DNA from: Psilocybe cubensis
Taxonomy: Eukaryota
Length of the DNA stretch: 64,000 bases
Assembly (NCBI GenBank): GCA_017499595.2
Contig: CM039002.1
Coordinates: 2,046,001-2,110,000 of the forward strand
Direction of reading: 5' to 3'
In this document: positions 63,474 through 64,000 of the stretch, piece after piece
Layout: the number at the start of each line of letters is the position of its first letter
Numbering within the stretch: the stretch's first letter is position 1
The notes under the pieces: generated by a model
Database searches by the model: none
Told to the model about the DNA's origin: nothing
What the model saw: the letters and a program-made list of their open reading frames with translations, nothing else
Position numbers and translations under genes: made by a program

Positions 63474-64000
63474 TCTGCGATTTGATAGTAGGGTCTAAGT
63501 AGCGTTCACAAGTTCAAAATTGCGAGTCGTCGTTTTCAAGTCGTCAAGGCGCCTGGCCTGGTGAAAAAAAAGAGAAAAAGAAAAGAAGATGAAATGAAAT
63601 GAAAGAAGATGTGCAGGAAGAAGAGTGCGATGTGCATTGGGCATATTGGTATATATAGTTTTGGTGGAAGCAACGGTCAAGACAATACGAAAGGTCCTCA
63701 TTGTCTTTTTTTCCAACTCCGAACGACGTCCACAATAGGAAATCACCAGCGGATCAGAGGCGCGTAACTAGCTATTTATAGCCGGGCCGTTGGCTCAAGA
63801 GGTGTGTAGTAACTCTGCACCGTCGCCTTGACGCTGTAAAATGCGGAAAAAGGACCCAACCAGAAAGAATAGCTTATAATCCTGTACACATGCATACTGA
63901 CTCTACTTTTTGGGCCACTGCTCAATTAGTTGAGGCCGGGAACTCCATGGCAAAGCCTTTATTATTGTCAAACTTGGGCTAAGCGCCTTGGCACTGCCTA

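Noticed and set aside
1-64000. tRNA or rRNA genes, telomeric arrays
   Set aside because: No cloverleaf with A/B boxes, rRNA-like sequence or (TTAGGG)n array was recognised by eye; tRNAscan-SE/Infernal would be needed to exclude small RNAs.

Overview
Intron-rich fungal genomic DNA (basidiomycete, most likely an agaricomycete, inferred from short GT-AG introns, gene families and density). Most of the window is ordinary housekeeping genes: TERT (5'-truncated), GPx, a mitochondrial-carrier-like protein, AP-3 beta, two F-box-like genes, GH79, a RAD51 paralog, a TauD dioxygenase, a GATA factor, carnitine acyltransferase, RMI1, DNAJC8/Spf31, COX11, RAD2/XPG, a Skg3/Caf120-like PH protein and a CBM19-like secreted protein. 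The standout is an AT-rich ~6.8 kb block directly after TERT (~2690-9470). It holds three compact, apparently intact genes: a SAP-domain protein, a tyrosine recombinase with a full catalytic set, and a second XPG/GEN1-like nuclease. It also carries hairpins and a short tandem array, and shows no RT or gag. I read it as a candidate Crypton-like mobile element carrying its own junction-resolving nuclease. Also notable: tandem UPF1-like SF1 helicases with degenerate exonuclease-like N-termini separated by a LysM pseudogene, and a 53-bp-arm palindrome inside a sharply CpG-purged zone. Exon structures were translated by eye; gene ends are approximate where stated.
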